Origin: an uncultured Dehalococcoidia bacterium
Lineage (GTDB): Bacteria; Chloroflexota; Dehalococcoidia; Lucifugimonadales; GCA-2712585
Direction: 5' to 3'
DNA: 64,000 bases
Assembly (NCBI GenBank): GCA_951812825.1
Contig: OX638324.1
Span: 1,051,141 to 1,115,140 of the forward strand
Part shown: positions 61,662 through 64,000 of the stretch, in pieces
Numbering within the stretch: position 1 is the stretch's first letter
How the letters are laid out: every line of letters starts with the position of its first letter
Translations under genes and position numbers: made by a program
Notes under the pieces: model-generated
The model's database searches: none
Told to the model about the DNA's origin: nothing
Seen by the model: only the letters and a program-made list of their open reading frames with translations

Positions 61662-63644
61662 CTACTGCATCACGGGCTGGGTGTGCTCGTGGTATCGTAC
61701 CGGTCCCATGTGAAGCATGTTGACCTGGTACTCCTGCACGATGTTGGGGTTGACTGCAACCTCAGCGAAGACCCAAACGAGGGGTACGCTGTAGTGGCCT
61801 TCCAACCAAGCTTCTGCGAAGTCCTGGCCGGCCTTTGTGCGGTCTTCGTAGTTGGTGATCTCTGCGCACTTGAAGTAGAGCTCAGAGGCTGCGGGCCATT
61901 CGCGGTAGGCCTGACCGAGTTCCCATACCATGGAGTAGGTGATGGCGTTGCAGGGCGGGTCTAGGGACGGGGAAGCCGACCATAGCCAGTTGCCGCCATT
62001 GTGGGAGGGGTCTCGGGTCTTGGCACGGAAGTCGCCGAAGTCCGCGGACCAGTCCAGGCTGGCATTGACGCCAACGGTGGCCCAATAGCCGACGACCTGC
62101 TCACAGATGTCGGGCCATTCGGGGACTACCCTGTGGGAAAGGAGACAGTCAAGGGTAACGTCTACGCCACCGGAATAACCGGCCTCGGCGAGAAGGGCCC
62201 TTGCCCGGTCGGGGTCACCATCTCCCGGATATGGCCAGCCGCCGGCAGCGCCGGTCTCGCCGTTAGGTCCGGGGAAGGGAGCCCAGTCGTCCTTGAAGTC
62301 GTCGCGCCAGGGCGGGAAGTAGTCAACGAGGGGGAAGCCGAGGCCCTGGTAAAAGACGTTGTTGATCTCGTTCCGGTTGATAGCTATGTTCATTGCCTCG
62401 CGAACCCTGGGGTCCCGTATGGGGGCTTCCTGAGTCACGCTATCCCTGGGGCCGCACTCGTGGGTAAGGCCCGGAGGCGGCGAAGCGCCAGCAGCGGAAG
62501 AGAAGGGGCTGTAGGTGGATCCATCGTCAGAGCAGAAAGACTGGTCTCTGAAGTGGACGAAGCCGAAGCCCTGGTGAATGCTGGGCAGGGTGCTGACGTA
62601 GGTAGTGAAGCCTGCGCCTTCGATGACTTCACGCTGGGTGCGAACGAGGGGTATGATGTGCGCCTCATTGGCAAACAGCATGGCCTGTCGAGTGGAGGCC
62701 TCACGAACCTGAAGGATCTCGAGTTCGTGGAAAGCCGGCGTAATGCGCCAGTGGTCTTCCACACGCTCGTGAAGGAAGGTGCCGTCAATCTCGTGGAAGA
62801 CGTAGCTCCAGGGGCCGTTGCCGACGGGGTCAACCCTGTAGCCTTCCTCGCCGCCAACGTCATCCCAATGGTCGCGGCTCATGATGCCGGTGGACCACTC
62901 GTCCGAGAGCAGGAAGGCAGCGTCCAGGTTAACCTTGGGGAGATTGAGGGTAACGTCGTAGTCGCTGTTGGCGACCCAATTGTCGTTGGAGCCGAAGTAG
63001 GACCTGTAGCGGCCCGGACTGCGAGCGACCTTGGTGTTCAGTTCGTCGCCCTCGGCCTCACCGTTCTGGAGGTCGAGCATCATGAATACGTCTTTGGCAC
63101 TGAAGGTGTAGTCGTTCAGGGGCTGTGCATCCCTGTAGAAGGGGACGCCCTCTCTGAGCTGGAAGTGCCAAGTCTTGCCGTCAGTCTCAACCTCCCAGGA
63201 GGTGGCGAGCTGGGCCTCTTCCACGTTGGTCGTAATGTTCCGACCAATCATGTGGCTGTATTCAGGCATGAGCTTTTCCGAAACCTGGCTCTGTGCGTAA
63301 GGGATGGTGTTCTGCTCCCTGCCCGGAGGGAGAGAAACCTTAAGCCTGGTGGAAACGGCCTGCGGCTCCGGAGCAGCAGTTGGCGCCATTGTCGGCATAG
63401 CCGTAGGAGCTGGCGCAGCGGTCGGCGCCATCGTGGGCGCTGCTGTAGGCGCCATTGTGGGCGCTGCCGTAGGCGCAGGCGCCATCGTAGGAGCGGGTGT
63501 AGCTGGCATGGCTGTAGGCGCCGGGGCGGCGGTCTCTTCAGGTTCGTCGTCGCCGCAGGCCACAATAACCAGCGTCAAAGCCAGCACAAGGGCAAGTAGC
63601 CCGAACAACCCTCCTCCTCTGATAGTTTTCTTGATACCTGTCAT
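61662..63644 (-). CDS. ABC transporter substrate-binding lipoprotein, family 5 (peptide/nickel-type), with tandem PTMAPTAA linker
   Basis: Lipobox LVIVACGDD, linker APAPTAMPATPAPTMAPAPTAAPTMAPTAAPTMAPTAAP, then a large SBP_bac_5-like body. Start trimmed to Met18. Confidence 0.7.
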   Translation of the reverse strand: MTGIKKTIRGGGLFGLLALVLALTLVIVACGDDEPEETAAPAPTAMPATPAPTMAPAPTAAPTMAPTAAPTMAPTAAPAPTAMPTMAPTAAPEPQAVSTRLKVSLPPGREQNTIPYAQSQVSEKLMPEYSHMIGRNITTNVEEAQLATSWEVETDGKTWHFQLREGVPFYRDAQPLNDYTFSAKDVFMMLDLQNGEAEGDELNTKVARSPGRYRSYFGSNDNWVANSDYDVTLNLPKVNLDAAFLLSDEWSTGIMSRDHWDDVGGEEGYRVDPVGNGPWSYVFHEIDGTFLHERVEDHWRITPAFHELEILQVREASTRQAMLFANEAHIIPLVRTQREVIEGAGFTTYVSTLPSIHQGFGFVHFRDQSFCSDDGSTYSPFSSAAGASPPPGLTHECGPRDSVTQEAPIRDPRVREAMNIAINRNEINNVFYQGLGFPLVDYFPPWRDDFKDDWAPFPGPNGETGAAGGWPYPGDGDPDRARALLAEAGYSGGVDVTLDCLLSHRVVPEWPDICEQVVGYWATVGVNASLDWSADFGDFRAKTRDPSHNGGNWLWSASPSLDPPCNAITYSMVWELGQAYREWPAASELYFKCAEITNYEDRTKAGQDFAEAWLEGHYSVPLVWVFAEVAVNPNIVQEYQVNMLHMGPVRYHEHTQPVMQ

Positions 63645-63713
63645 AATTTGACCCCCAAACATATTTTGCGCCAAGACGCAACTCCTCGGACGCATCCCGG
63701 CGTGAGTGATGGG

Positions 63714-63742
63714 ATTCTAATGGAACGATTAGGCGATGTCAA
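63714..63742 (-). promoter_or_regulatory. Consensus-like sigma70 promoter TTGACA-17 nt-TAGAAT for the SBP gene
   Basis: On the minus strand: TTGACA (63737-63742), 17-nt spacer TCGCCTAATCGTTCCAT, TAGAAT (63714-63719). It lies about 70 nt upstream of the ATG at 63644. Confidence 0.55.
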
Positions 63743-63931
63743 TACCTAACTGAGCAAGGGATTCAGGGGCAATTGGAGTGAAATTTGCGCCTTCAGAATG
63801 GGGCGACGCCAACTTGAAAGGTAGGGGATGGAAGACGGGATCGAGGGGGGCTATTCTTCTATCACGCACCCCTTTTTCAACATGAAGGGCGCCGACAGCG
63901 GGCGCGTGGATATTAAGGGTCCCGCGCGGTG

Positions 63932-64000
63932 TTATGAGAAGCCGTAGAGTTGGGCGGCGTTCTGGTAGACGATCTTGCGCTTGATATCGTCGGGATGGCC
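63932..64000 (-). CDS. 3' end of a gene running in from beyond the window (amidohydrolase-like C-terminus)
   Basis: The minus strand reads ...GHPDDIKRKIVYQNAAQLYGFS-stop. The ...NAxxLYG tail is typical of amidohydrolase-2-type proteins. Only 22 codons are visible. Confidence 0.3.
   Translation of the reverse strand, partial: GHPDDIKRKIVYQNAAQLYGFS

Noticed and set aside
62001-63599. 532-aa + strand ORF.
   Set aside because: It is antisense to the family-5 SBP gene. It has a G/V/A-rich shadow-ORF composition and ends in Arg/Cys repeats produced by the reverse of the PTMAPTAA linker.

Overview
High-GC window (about 60-65% by hand counts of several 60-nt lines), densely packed with about 55 chromosomal housekeeping genes. 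A Chloroflexota-like origin is an unverified guess from gene content and synteny. From left to right it holds: the 3' part of copA, a YHS-domain protein and a glutaredoxin-like gene; tRNA-Asp; an AapJQM-type amino-acid ABC transporter with no ATPase gene; tRNA-Asn; an IS481-like element; selD; a TPP-riboswitch-controlled thiG-thiE-thiS operon; an aminotransferase, a gamma-carbonic-anhydrase-like protein, an aldo/keto reductase, a DUF1802-like protein and an HExxH protein; a second IS481-like element; an EF-G paralogue, a MOSC protein and argS; a low-GC two-gene methyltransferase-HNH plus HEPN-like island; recG, fakB, fakA and rpmB; rpe and argH; argG-argD-argB-argJ; npdG, a pseudouridine synthase, tenA-thiD, yhhQ, nadK and a Nudix hydrolase; a type-E-like sdhA-sdhB-sdhE; a membrane-anchored Mo-oxidoreductase; hicBA; a class-III aminotransferase, mdh, icd and rpsU; HAD, MBL, Zn-ADH and LLM enzymes; gdhA; and a family-5 solute-binding protein. 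Main second-look items: (1) the low-GC island between argS and recG, encoding a beta-class DNA methyltransferase fused to an HNH nuclease and start/stop-coupled to a protein with an Rx4H motif, is the best candidate for an undescribed defence module. (2) Two genes are truncated in the ORF track at in-frame TGA codons that look like selenocysteine: selD, and a glutaredoxin-like protein ending U-x-x-stop. (3) A modular family of short intergenic repeats fills nearly every gene gap, always in the same orientation, and once sits in-frame inside recG. (4) argJ carries an in-frame zinc-ribbon extension behind a promoter placed for leaderless translation. (5) The conserved N-terminus of fakA lies upstream of any ATG/GTG/TTG. 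No CRISPR array and no rRNA were seen. All calls come from reading the sequence and translations by eye; no searches were run.
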